A stretch of DNA of 63,491 nucleotides, filler included, from Reclinomonas americana ATCC 50394 (lineage: Eukaryota): assembly GCA_048213135.1 (NCBI GenBank). It is 15 parts of 15 records of this genome, joined end to end, with 100 filler letters (N's around TTAATTAATTAA, not from the genome) between each part and the next. Parts side by side here need not be neighbours in the genome. Positions count along the whole stretch, not along the records: positions 1 to 2,427 come from AFZH01020448.1; positions 2,528 to 6,810 come from AFZH01020449.1; positions 6,911 to 9,375 come from AFZH01020450.1; positions 9,476 to 11,699 come from AFZH01020451.1; positions 11,800 to 14,414 come from AFZH01020452.1; positions 14,515 to 16,411 come from AFZH01020453.1; positions 16,512 to 17,895 come from AFZH01020454.1; positions 17,996 to 20,719 come from AFZH01020455.1; 7 more parts are not named here. The stretch is one strand, 5' to 3'. Position 1 is the first letter of the stretch, and each line of letters starts with the position of its first letter. Positions 1 through 21,200 of this stretch are shown piece by piece. The position numbers were made by a program, and so were the translations under genes. The notes below the pieces were generated by a model. It worked only from the letters and a program-made list of their open reading frames with translations. It was not told the DNA's origin and ran no database searches.

Positions 1-2257
1 GGTGGTGGGAGCGGGGCGCTGGGTGCCGCGAGAAGGGGCGCGGGTCCTGCGGGCGCGGGCATGCCTTCGTCGACCCACTCGCCGCGGCGTTGGAGCAGCG
101 AGAGGTAGGATTCGGCTTTGCGGATGGCGGTGACGAGGGCGGTGAGGAGGGCCGTGGCCAGGTGGTCCTTCATCTGGAATGGGAAAAGGGGAAGGGGGTT
201 GAGGGGGAGGGAGAAGGGGGGAGCAAGGGGGGAGTAAAGAACTGAGAAGCAGGAAAGAGATCGTGCTAGTGGGTGAAGAGGAAGAATAAATAGATATGGT
301 GCTGCACCGTGTTGAATAAAAAAGAAGCACAAGCACGAGCGTGCATGGATACACTAGGACGGAGAAAACTGCCCATGCTGCAAAGTGTGTGTGGAACAAA
401 AGGGAAACCCTCAAACACAAGCACGAGCGGGCGAGGATAGGCAGGGACGATCGTGGCGCATGCCTCATGCGCCGACAAGAGCAAATACATCGACTAGGCG
501 TGAGCACGCAGGATGAATTGAACGAATAATAGCAGGAATCAATGCAAGAAGAGGAGTTGAGAAGCAGCGGAGACGCAGAAGACGTGCTCAGGGGCAGGAC
601 AGGCGACGTGAAATGGAGAGAAGAAAAGGTGAAAACTAATCCTGCTGCAAACAGAACAGTGAACGTCTCAAGCAGATACGCGGTGTGAAAGAACACACAA
701 AGGAGCGGCGGGGGACAACAATCTTCGAGTGCGAACCGTGTGCAACCGCTCCGCCGGCTTGTTGTTGATAAAGAAGAAGGAGTCGTTGGCGGCACGCGTG
801 ATCGGTCCGACCACGTGCAGCAGGTGCTCCCGCCGCCGTCGATCGAGGCCCTTGGATTTGGAAAAGACAGTGACGCAGCCGAGACCTGCGAAATCGACAC
901 ATGAGAGCAATGCCTCTCTCCCATTCAAGTCACGGGAAAGACAACGCGCCTTTTTGTCGCACTTTGAGCATCACCTCCCGAAAATCGTCGAGAGTGCGCG
1001 GATCCTTGCTGTCAAACACAAATATGCAGGCGTGCATCTGCTCCACGCGTGTGTAAGTGGTGTTGTGGGGATGAGTGGTGCACGATTCAAAGAACCTGCT
1101 CGGGGAGCGGCGCGGCGAAGCGGCGCTGGATGGAGGACGCGTCGCGAGGAATCACCGAGTCGCGCATCACGCGGCCTTCTAGGATGCCGAGGTAGACCTC
1201 GGGATGGACTGCGGACGAGAGCAGTGTTGGTGAGAGGGAAGCGCAATAAAGGGAGAAGATAAGTGACGCACCAGCACCGCGCGTGTCGTACACGGTGAAT
1301 CCGTATTCCTCGCCAAAGAAGCCCGACAGCTCCTGCGAGAGAGTGAGAAGGGATGGTGGGGCAGGAGGAGACTTCGGTGGAGAAGTTACCTGTGTGCCGT
1401 CCTCGGCCCATCTGCGGCGTGAAGAGGCGATTAGAAAAACGAGTGTCATCGAGCTCTGTTCTGCAGACACACTGCGCAGCAAACAGAGACGGAGAGGGAG
1501 AGGGAGAGGGAGAGAGGGAGAGGGAGAGAAAGAGGGAGAAGGAGAAGGAGAGAGAGAGGGAGAGGGAGAGGGAGAGCAGACAGAAAGAGCAGACATGGAG
1601 GAGCAGACAGAGAGAGCAGAGTGAGCGAGCAAGAGGGGGAGAAAGAGGGTGGGAGAGAAATGGACGGACAGAAAGATAAGCGGCGAGAAAGAAAGAAAGA
1701 TGAACACACACATACACGCAAAGACAGAGAGGGATACAAGCACAAACACACATACAGAGAGAGAGAACGAGATATAGGCAGACGCACAATGAAACACGCA
1801 CATTCGCACACACGCGTACACACGCACCCACTCACATATGCACTATCCCCCTTCGCTCTCCCTCTCTCCCTCCCTCGCTCTGCATCTCCCACTCACTTGT
1901 ACTCCTCAGTGACTGGCTCGGCAGCCTTGGCGTGCAACGCCTTGTGCAGATTGTTGATCAGCGTCGACTTGCCTGCTCGCGCGTACAATGAGCGCAAAAA
2001 TGCACAAGCAGAAGGTGGGGCGAAGACAACACGAACCGGCGCCGGGAAGCTGATGATAACCGAGTAGAATGTACATGCCCAGTGATTGGATGATACCGAA
2101 GCGTTACAAATTGGATGCAATGCAATTAGAGAGGGAAGGGGAAGGGGATAAAGGGAAGCAGGAGGAATGCGGAAGGGAAGAGACAGGGAGGGAGGGGGAA
2201 AGGAGGGCAGAGTGTGGTCGAGAAAGAGACAAGTGAGTGCATGTACGTTTGTATGCA

Positions 2258-2302
<45 letters not shown>

Positions 2303-2427
2303 ATACACTGTGAGAGACAGTGATCCTTCCTTCTGCCACACGCACCCCAGCAACGAATATGTTGATATGATGAAACATTGACGATCGCGGTCCGCGGTGG
2401 CTGACCGAATCAAACGCGCCCTGCACA
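1..2427 (-). CDS. IFI44-like P-loop GTPase (multi-exon; 5' end in gap, 3' end beyond window)
   Basis: Hand-spliced: INIFVAG|LPGA|GKSTLINNLHKAL..EEYK|WAEDGTQ|ELSGFFGEEYGFTVYDTRG|..YLGILEGRV..APLPEQ|MHACIFVFDS..|GLGCVTVFSK..FFFINN..|MKDHLATALLTALVTAIRKAESYL. Walker A, DTxG, HxxxFVFD and the C-terminal helix occur in the order I recall for IFI44/IFI44L and plant relatives. Confidence 0.7.
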
Positions 2428-2527
2428 NNNNNNNNNNNNNNNNNNNNNNNNNNNNNNNNNNNNNNNNNNNNTTAATTAATTAANNNNNNNNNNNNNNNNN
2501 NNNNNNNNNNNNNNNNNNNNNNNNNNN
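2428..2527. other. Artificial contig spacer N44-TTAATTAATTAA-N44 (first of 14)
   Basis: The same 100-nt six-frame-stop linker also starts at 6811, 9376, 11700, 14415, 16412, 17896, 20720, 23991, 27450, 32458, 48421, 57174 and 62162. Confidence 0.97.
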
Positions 2528-2863
2528 CTCCGATTGCTCTCTCTCTCTCTCTCTTGCGTCCCGTTGTCTCCACTTGCATATTGTTTGCATACTCCATGAG
2601 GCACACAGTCTTGGAGTCTCTATGCAGTCCCCCTGTCTCCAATTCTCGAACCTCGATCATGCTGATCACATATGTTCTCGCATTCTCCGACCTCCGCGCA
2701 CCACCTCCTGTGGAGTGCATTGAGTTGAGCACTTTAGCAGCTGGAGTCTCTCCCATTTCCCTATCCCTCCCTTGATCGCCTCTTTGCATCTCACTCTCTC
2801 TTCTCCGTCCCTTCTCCATCCTTTACTCTTCTCCGTTCCTCCCTCCTTACTCCCCTCATGCAG

Positions 2864-5824
2864 GGTGGAAAAGTACCGACCTCGCTACCTCCGCGACATT
2901 GTCGGCAACGAGGACGCCGTGGAGCGCCTCAAGATGATTGCCGAGGACGGCAATGTGCCCAACATTATCTTGGCGGTGAGAGCGCGCCCTCTCTCTCTCT
3001 CTCTCATTCACTCAATCACTCTGCTCTGCCTTCTCTTTCTCTTTCTCACTGTCCCTCTCTCGACCATCTCATCAGGGTCCACCCGGCATCGGCAAGACAA
3101 CAAGCATTCTGTGTCTGGCCCGAGAGATCTACGAAAAGGCGCTGATACGCGAGGGTACACCACAGGAGCAGCTGTTGCGTCACGCAGGCTCCTCCCCCTG
3201 TCCATCTCTTCGTCTCACCCTTTCCCTCTGCAAAGCGGAGCCGGCGTCGCACACTGCTTGAAGGAGGGCGTGTTGGAGCTGAACGCCTCTGATGACCGGT
3301 ACGTGCCAATCACTGTCCTTTCTCCTTCTCCTTCTCCGTTCGCTCACCGTCTCGCAGAAAACTCGACACGGTGCGCGGCAAGATCAAGATGTTTGCACAG
3401 AAGAAAGTCACACTGCCCGGCAACAGTCACAAGCTGATCATTTTGGACGAGGCCGACAGGTGACGCTGTGCGCCGCTCTCTGCTCTCCTGTGCCTAAACC
3501 GCTGATCGTGCAAACTCCGCAGTATGACCAAGGAGAGCCAGCAGGCGCTGCGTCGCATCATGGAGCAATTCTCGTCGACCACGCGTTTCGCCCTCGCCTG
3601 CAACACGAGCACAAAAGTCATTGAGCCGATTCAGAGTCGTTGCGTCACTCACTCTTTTGCCTCACAGCCACAGTCTTGTTTGCTGAACCGAATGGTCGCG
3701 CAGGATGTGCCGTGGTCCGCTTCCAACGACTGGCCGACGACGAAGTCTTGCACCGATTGACAGAAGTTGTCGAGCAGGAGCATGTACGTGGGGCTCTCTA
3801 TCTATCTCTCGCCAGTTGTGCAAGTCGGCGGCTCACCCATTTGTCGTGCAGGTGACGTGCACGGACGATGGCTACGAGGCGCTGTTGTTCTCGGCCGAGG
3901 GTGATTTGCGCAATGCGCTCAACAGCCTGCAGTCGACGGTGACGGGGTTTGGAATTGCGACTGCGGAGAATGTGTTCAAGGTGGGCAAAAGGGAGAAGGG
4001 AGGAGGAAAAGGGAGAGGGCAAAGGGGAAGAGAGAGAGAGAAAGAGAAACAGAGAGGCGCAAGCGGAGAGAGGACGAGACAGAAAGAGGGACACAGCGCG
4101 AAGAGAGATGGAGACAAAGGGCACCAATCAATCTTTCCCAGTTCTTTATCGAACATCTCGCCTCCCACCGTCCCGCGATGCTTTCTGTATGTTTTATGTC
4201 ACTGGATCCTCTCTTGATCGGTTTGGTGAAGCGTGTGTGATGAGGAGAGTGTGAGAGTGGAACGTAGCAGGGAGGTCCGCGGGACCAGAGAGAGCGACGG
4301 AGCGGGAAAAAACAGAGAAAATTGCCAGGCGCAGACACAGAATGCAGTTGTTTTGTATTGAGGGTTGATACTTATCAGGATAACTGAGTTAGAAGGCAGA
4401 GAGTGAGAGAGAGAATGAGAGAGAGACTTGGTGAGACCGTGAAGTTAGAAAATGTTTGTGCATGCAGCGGAGTGTGAATGCGTCTTGATGTGTGAGCCTG
4501 AATTGGAGACTAAAGACACACAGCTAGATGATAAATGGTTGGGAAACAGGAGAGGCAATGAGTGATACAGGAGCGCCAGCTCATGTCCCTTTATTGCTTT
4601 GCAGGTGTGCGATCAACCGCCGCCAGTCGCAGTCAAGGAAATCCTTGAGCAGTGCTTGCGGGGGCAGTTGAAGGATGCGCTGGAGACGATGTCATCGCTG
4701 TATGAACAAGGTGAGGAGGGCAAGGACGATCAACGCTTTCTCTCTCGAATTTGCTGCGAACGCAGTTGTCGTGGTCTCTTGTCGAGCTCTGCTACTTGCC
4801 AGTCCATCTTGCCCATGTCTGTGCACTCCTAGAGCTTGTTCTGTTGCTCGTTGCTATACTCTGCAGTGTCGACACTCTCCTACTCTTGAGTCTCTCAGTC
4901 TCTCAGTCTCTCTCTCAGTCTCTCTCTCTCTCTCAGTCTCTCTTAGTGTTTCCTAGTTTCTCAGTCTCTTAGTCTCACTCTCAATCTCTATTAGTCTCTC
5001 ATGTCTCTCTCAATCTCTCAGTCTCTGTCACTAATCCTCTCTCAGTCGCTCTCAGCGTCTGTCAGTCTCTCTCAGTCTCAGTCTCGACTCTCGGTTCTTC
5101 TTCTCATTGTTCTCTCTCCCCCCCCTTTGTTCCTTTCCCTTCCCCTTCTCCTTCCGCTCCCCTTCTCCTTCCGCTCCCACATTCCCTTCCCTTTCCTTCC
5201 TCCTTTCCCTTCCCCCTCGCTCCTTCCGCTCCACACCATTTCTCTCCCTTTACCCATCCATCGCCTCCCCTTTCCTTCGACATCTTTCCTCTCATAGTGA
5301 TCGGGTGAGTGTAGAAGAAGAAGCGAAGAGTAGGGGAGGCGAAGGATGGGGGAGGGATGGAGAAGGGGGGACAAGAGGAACGGTGCAGAGACGAAAGGAA
5401 GGGTGTGGAGGGGAAGAGAGAACAGCAGAGCAGAATAGAGAGGGGGAGGGAGAGTGTCACATGGAATTCCCCACGCCCATCTGTTTCCTCCCATCCTCTT
5501 TATCTGCTTCTCTACACCCTCCGTCTCACCCATCCCTTCTCTCGCATCCCCTTTAAACCCTTCCCCTTGTCAGGCTACTCCGCCGTCGACCTCATCAAAA
5601 CCATGAACCGTGTGGTGGAGTACCGCAGCGGCGATCTCAATCTCTCCGAGGCGCAGCAACTGGCGCTGCTGCGCGAGATCGGCATTGTGCACATGCGCAT
5701 CTCGCAGGGCGTCGACTCGGTGCTGCAGCTGGCGGGCCTGGTGGCACGTCTCTGTTCTGCCGCCGCGTCCACTGCGCCATCCGCCCCACCAGCACCACCA
5801 ACGGCGGCCGCAGTGCGCTCATGA
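2864..5824 (+). CDS. RFC2: Replication factor C small subunit (human RFC2 / yeast Rfc4 type); first exon not located
   Basis: [86 protein letters not shown] and [11 protein letters not shown], joined across GT-AG introns. Confidence 0.95.
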
Positions 5825-5923
5825 GCGTGGAGGGAGGGAGCAATGAAGAAGAGGACACAAAAGAAGAGAGTGGTGAGTTTTTCTCTGTTTTTTCTCTGTA
5901 TTATACTGGGGGGAGATTCTGCG

Positions 5924-6790
5924 TCAATAGTCAGCTGCTGCTGCGGCGGCGGCGGTCGCGGTCGCCGCACTGCCTCCTACACCGCCGCCCGCGCCACTGC
6001 CATATCCACCGCTGTCGACCTCGGGTGGCAGAGTGCCCATGGCCTTGCCCTCGATCCACACCAGGTCCGAGATGAAGTTGGCGATGATCTGCAGCTTCTC
6101 TCGGCGGCGGTGTTCGGGCTTGATCTCGGCCAGGCCCTGTGCGCGCTGATGCACCACCACCGAGGCACGCTCGCACAGTTCAAACATGGAGTCGCATGCG
6201 CTGTGTAATGGAGAGAACGCGGCGTCAACCTCAACTGAACGCACAGCTACTTTGTCTTTTTTCTCTGTGCGCCTCCAACGCAACAGCTCGACAGCATTCA
6301 GTCGCCTCAAGATGGTTGCCGCATGCTGGGCGTCGGACTCGCGCAGTGCCTCCACCTCCGCCGCCTTGGTCTCCAGCAACTCGCCCTGATACTGGCACGC
6401 ACGGACCACTTGGTGCTTGCCGAGCAAGGCAATTGGGTAACTCTGTGTGGATGGGAGATGAGCCAGACTCTGTCGCCATGCTGTCGCTCGTGTTGCAACG
6501 CACCTTGACTTTGGTGTTTAACCTCTGCTGCAGCTCGGCCACCTGCTGTGCGCGACTCTGCATCTTGTGGAACAGGCTGAGGTTCTTCTCGTGCAGGAAC
6601 TCGAAGCGGTCGATCACGGCCTATTGTGCGAGGGAAGAGGGAGCGCAAGCACAGTTTAGGTCAGTTCGATTGCTGTGCATCCTTTCGTCTCCCTCACCTG
6701 CACATCGTTGAACTCCTTGCTGCGGAATTCTCTGAATGCTTCGAGGAAGCGCTCGTATTTGTTGAGTGCAGTAAGGAGTCAAGGGATCAA
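5924..6790 (-). CDS. CCDC42/CFAP73-like (DUF4200) coiled-coil protein, 3' part; 5' end in gap
   Basis: Spliced LNKYERFLEAF..EFNDVQ|AVIDRFEFL..|LHSACDSMFELC..KLQIIANFISDLVWI resembles the remembered CCDC42 pattern YLEKV..EFEEI.EVIARY..QLDMIQQFIQD. Recognition is from memory only. Confidence 0.55.
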
Positions 6791-7480
6791 AACGACAAAG
6801 GGAAGTGGATNNNNNNNNNNNNNNNNNNNNNNNNNNNNNNNNNNNNNNNNNNNNTTAATTAATTAANNNNNNNNNNNNNNNNNNNNNNNNNNNNNNNNNN
6901 NNNNNNNNNNTCACCCCAGCGCACCTCCCCTCCTTCTCAGGATGGAGTAGAGAGAGCGCCTAATACTTTGCTTTCTTCCAAGTCAGCAACTCCGCTTCCT
7001 CCCTCGTAAATTGTCCTCTACTCCCTCCCTCAGTGACGTCTTCCCACTTTACCCTTGTGTACCATAAGAGAGAGAAGAGAAAGTAAAAGAGCTGGCACGA
7101 TTCGAGAAAGAAGGAGAGACAACAAGCCAATAATGTGTCACTCCGCTTCCTCCCCCACGGAGAGATGCCACCCTTCTTGAGAAAGGGAGGAGGAGTGACA
7201 CAAGCTCCTCGTCACCTTCTCGGTGAAGCGGAGAGTCATCATGTCCCCTCCCCAGTGCTCCACCCCTCCTTCTTCTTCTGTACAATTAGATAGAGAAGAG
7301 AAAAGAAGAGCGCAGCCCAATTCCTTGTTTCCCTTCAAAGTCAGCAACTCCGCTTCTTCCCTCCCAGCCTGTCCCCTCTCCTTCTCCTTGTGCATCAAAA
7401 GAAGGAGCAGGGAAAATAGCATAGAAATTCCTCGCTTCATAGTCAGCAAACTCCACTTCCTTCTTCCTGTCATCCTTCCT

Positions 7481-10387
<2,907 letters not shown>

Positions 10388-11115
10388 TTTTACGGAAGCG
10401 TGTGTGAAGTTGGCGTGTCCTACCGATGTCCTCGACGTCTCTGTTTGAAGCAGGTGGCCCATCGGAGGTTCTGCTGCTGCCCGTGGTTGTGTAATACCAG
10501 GTTCAATGGACGACCTCAGTTCAAAAACGCCAACTCAATTGCGTTCACAGCCCTTTCGTTGTTGCAATTGCCTTGGACCCTTCATGATCACCTTTGTCAT
10601 GCAACCAACCAACAAGCATGACCAAGTCCAACCATATCCAAACACCAATCTTGAGGCAGCAGCAGGTTTTCTTGTGTGTTGTGTCGGAGTTTCGAACAAG
10701 TCGAGAACTGCGATCTTCACGTGGTTGACCAGTGGATTTGACGCACTTGCATAGACGCATAGCGTTTTCTGCGATCGTACACGGCACATCGAATCTCGGG
10801 AAAAGGCCAGAGCCAGGCAAACAAAGCAAAGCCGGGTCCGGATCCGTGAAGCAGGCAAAGCAAAAGCAAACAGTGGTGGTGTCGCGATCGTACGTTGGTG
10901 GCGTGGTTGAAACGGTTGGTGAGGCTCACATCGGTGGTGGCTTGAGCAGGTGGTAGGCGCAGTTGTTGTTGTTGTTGTTGTTGTCGCAGCAGCAGTGATT
11001 TCAACACTGTGGCAGCCACTTACCTATGGGTAACAAAAACGAAAAACTTCTTTGCCTGCAGCGCCATGTTGTCAATAAACAATCGTCTACATTCTCAAAA
11101 ACTTGCATGCTCCTC

Positions 11116-17871
<6,756 letters not shown>

Positions 17872-18054
17872 CACACGACACACGACGACGACGACNNNNN
17901 NNNNNNNNNNNNNNNNNNNNNNNNNNNNNNNNNNNNNNNTTAATTAATTAANNNNNNNNNNNNNNNNNNNNNNNNNNNNNNNNNNNNNNNNNNNNACGAG
18001 ACGGACGGCGACGACCTACTCTCTCTCTCTCCTCCTCCCTCCCTCCCTCCCTCC

Positions 18055-18106
<52 letters not shown>

Positions 18107-18218
18107 CCTCCCTCCCTCCTCTGTCTCCCTCTCCTCCCCCCTCTCTCTCTCATCTCTCACTCTCTCTCCCTACCTCTCTCTCTTTCTCCCTCCCTCTCTC
18201 TCCCCTTCCTCCCCATCC

Positions 18219-21200
18219 TCAACTGTAGCTGAATGAGCCCGCCGACACATAATCGTCGCCGACATTCCAACTGATGCACACGAGGTATTCGTCTTCCGGC
18301 AGTGTACCAGTCACCGTAAAGTCAACATTAACAAAGCTGCGACTGGCTGTGGAACCGGCTCCAAAGACGGGAGTGATGGCCAATTCCGAGGTCAAATAAG
18401 GACCTGTGTCACACGAGCCCGTGGAGCTGGCGAGCGTCACGTCGTTCGGCAGCGACGCCACACCACAGCCAATCATCGACAAGGTGAACGTGGAAGTGCC
18501 AAGCACGACTGAATCCGGCGTAATGTACACGATTGACGGAGTGCTGGCAAAGATGCGGATGCGCCCCTGCATGCCGACAAGGTGTGAGCGACTTTGAACA
18601 CGCAGACACGCAATCACAAAGCTTGATTACCGTGGAGTCTGCAAACACGGGTGAGCTGGTGCGATCCAAGTACGCCAGGTGCAAGATTGTGGCTCCACTG
18701 GTGGCCGACAGCGCTGCATCGTCGCTGCTGCCAATGGCGCCGAGTGCGACAGTGGACGACACACCTGCGACAAACGATTGCCAAGTGAGTACACAGTTAC
18801 CTCCTCCAGACAAAAAATTGGACAGAGAGTGTCGCAACGTTGCATCTGGTACTGGGCATAGCCGTAAGCAGGTGACAGGTACCGCAGCGTCGGATTGCTC
18901 GATGAGCCCACATCCAACACAAACATGCCGTCTGGATCGCGAGGATTCACGGCGACCGACGACACCGCCTCGAATGGCGCGGAGACGAACGGATTGCTGA
19001 TGAAGCCGCTAATGGTGGTCACCACACCTGCCGAGAAAAACAGGAGTGAGAAGAAGAGAGAAAGTAAAAGAGAAAGGGACTGAGAGAGAGAGAGAGGAGG
19101 GAGAGAGAGAAGAAAAACAAGAGAGAAAGGGCTCTGAGAGAGAAGAGGAGAGAAATAGGAGAGAGAGAGAGGAGGGAGAGAGAGAGAAAAACAAGATAGA
19201 AAGGGGCTGTGAGTGAGAGTGAGAAAATAAGAGAGAATGGGACTGAGAGAGACAGGGAGAGAGGGAGAGAGAGAAAACAAGAGAGAAAGGCTGAGAGAGA
19301 GAGGCTGCAGAGATATTGTAGAATACACGCACCATTGGAGGCCACTCGACGCACTCCGCCAGTGGATCGGTCGCCAACAATCCAGTCGTTGTTCGAGCCG
19401 GCCACAACAGACAGCGGGTTGGTGAAACGAGCAGAGAGAGGATCTCCATCCACCGAACCTGCGCAGCGCATGTCAATGACTTCGCGTCATCGCTTTTCCT
19501 CTCCTTTCCCTTCCCCCTCTTCCTTCCCCCCTCTCTATACCCCTCCTTTCCCCCCTCTCCCTTGACCCTCTCTCTCTTGTGTTTGTGTGCGTCTCTCTCT
19601 CACTCACTCTCTCTCTCTCTCTCTCTCTCACTCTATGTGTGTGCTTGTGCGTGTGTGTGTGTGTGCACCCTCACCAGAAGAGCCAGACCCAGCCAGCACG
19701 GTGACGACGCCTGTGTCGCGATTGACACTCAGCACGCGGTGGCTCAACTGCACGCACGAGTCAGCAGAAATGAACAGGCAACCAAATATCTCTCAAAAAA
19801 GACACAACTGTGTTGGCGACCGCCAATGTGGATCCCTGCCATCCAATGCCTCGAGCTCCGTTGAGAGCAACTGACGCACTGCCACCAGCCGCGACCAATA
19901 CTTGTGTGGTACCTGTGACAAATAAAGCAGTGGGTTACAAAGATCTCTTGATCGTCATCGCCTCACGTTCGCGCTCACCGGTGAATGTGTCAATCGTGGA
20001 GATTGTGTTGGCCATCGAATCAACGACATACAGCGTGTCTTGATCGTCAACCACCATGGCAGCCGGGGCCATGAAACCAGTGGCCAGTACGGTGGTGACG
20101 CCAGCTGGCGATACCATGAACACACGCCCGGTGGTGTCACTTACGTACATGTAGTCCCACGTGTCCACGGCGACGGCGTACGGCGTCGACAGCACGACAT
20201 TGAATGGATCATCGCCGCCGTCCATGTTCGCGGCTCCAGCGTCTCCCAGGATGGTGCACACGTAAGGATCCACTGCACGGTATGTGAGGAGAAGCAAGGG
20301 CACAATCACACAGATGTAAAGAAAACGCACAGAATGTGAGATCGCCAGCGGCGACGTAATCGCAGCCGTTGCAGAGTCGGATGCACACCGAAGCATCACC
20401 GCTCGGCAACGAGGACGCATCGAAAACGAAGCCAGTGGAGGTCGGCGACGCAGTCACCATGGGCACGCTGATGAATCGTCCGTCCAGCGAGGTGCAGTCG
20501 CCGACCGTGGAGAAGGCGACGGTGGCGTCGCGAACATCGAAGCGGGCGGCCGGCGCAGCGGGTTGCACGCCAACGTATTGCAGTTGTGTGCGGTATACCG
20601 AGGTGGTGATGAGCTGCAGCGTAACTGTGGAAGGGAGAAGCGGGATTGAGGGGGAAAGAGAAGGGGAAGGTGGGGGAAAGAGGGGGAAGGAGGGGAAGGA
20701 GGGGAAGGAGGGAGGAGGGNNNNNNNNNNNNNNNNNNNNNNNNNNNNNNNNNNNNNNNNNNNNTTAATTAATTAANNNNNNNNNNNNNNNNNNNNNNNNN
20801 NNNNNNNNNNNNNNNNNNNGGAGGGGAAGGGGGAAAGAGGGGGAAAGAGGAAGAAAGAGGGGGAAGAGAGGGGGAAGAGAGAGGGGGAAGGAGGGGGAAG
20901 GAGGGGGAAAGAGGGGGAAGAGAGGGGGAAGGAGGGGAAGGGAGGGAGAAGGGAGGGAGAAGGGAGGAGGTATTAGGGGAAGGAGGGGAAGGAGGGGGAA
21001 GGAGGGGAAGGAGGGGAAGGAGGGGGATAGAGGGGGAAAGAGGGGAAGGGGAAGGAGGACGAATGAGGAGAATGCAGAGTCGGAAGAGAAGCGAAGAGAG
21101 AGAGAGAGAGAAAAAAGAATGAGAAACCGGAGGAGCGAACACGACTGGGAGAAAAGCAGGGGATGACAAAAGGGAAGGGAACAAAAAAGTGAACGAGAAT

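Noticed and set aside
10460..11070. Possible small gene between the MRPL3 start and the membrane-protein stop (poly-Q ORF)
   Set aside because: No recognisable motif and no consistent splice model; it may be UTR or promoter. Unresolved without RNA data.
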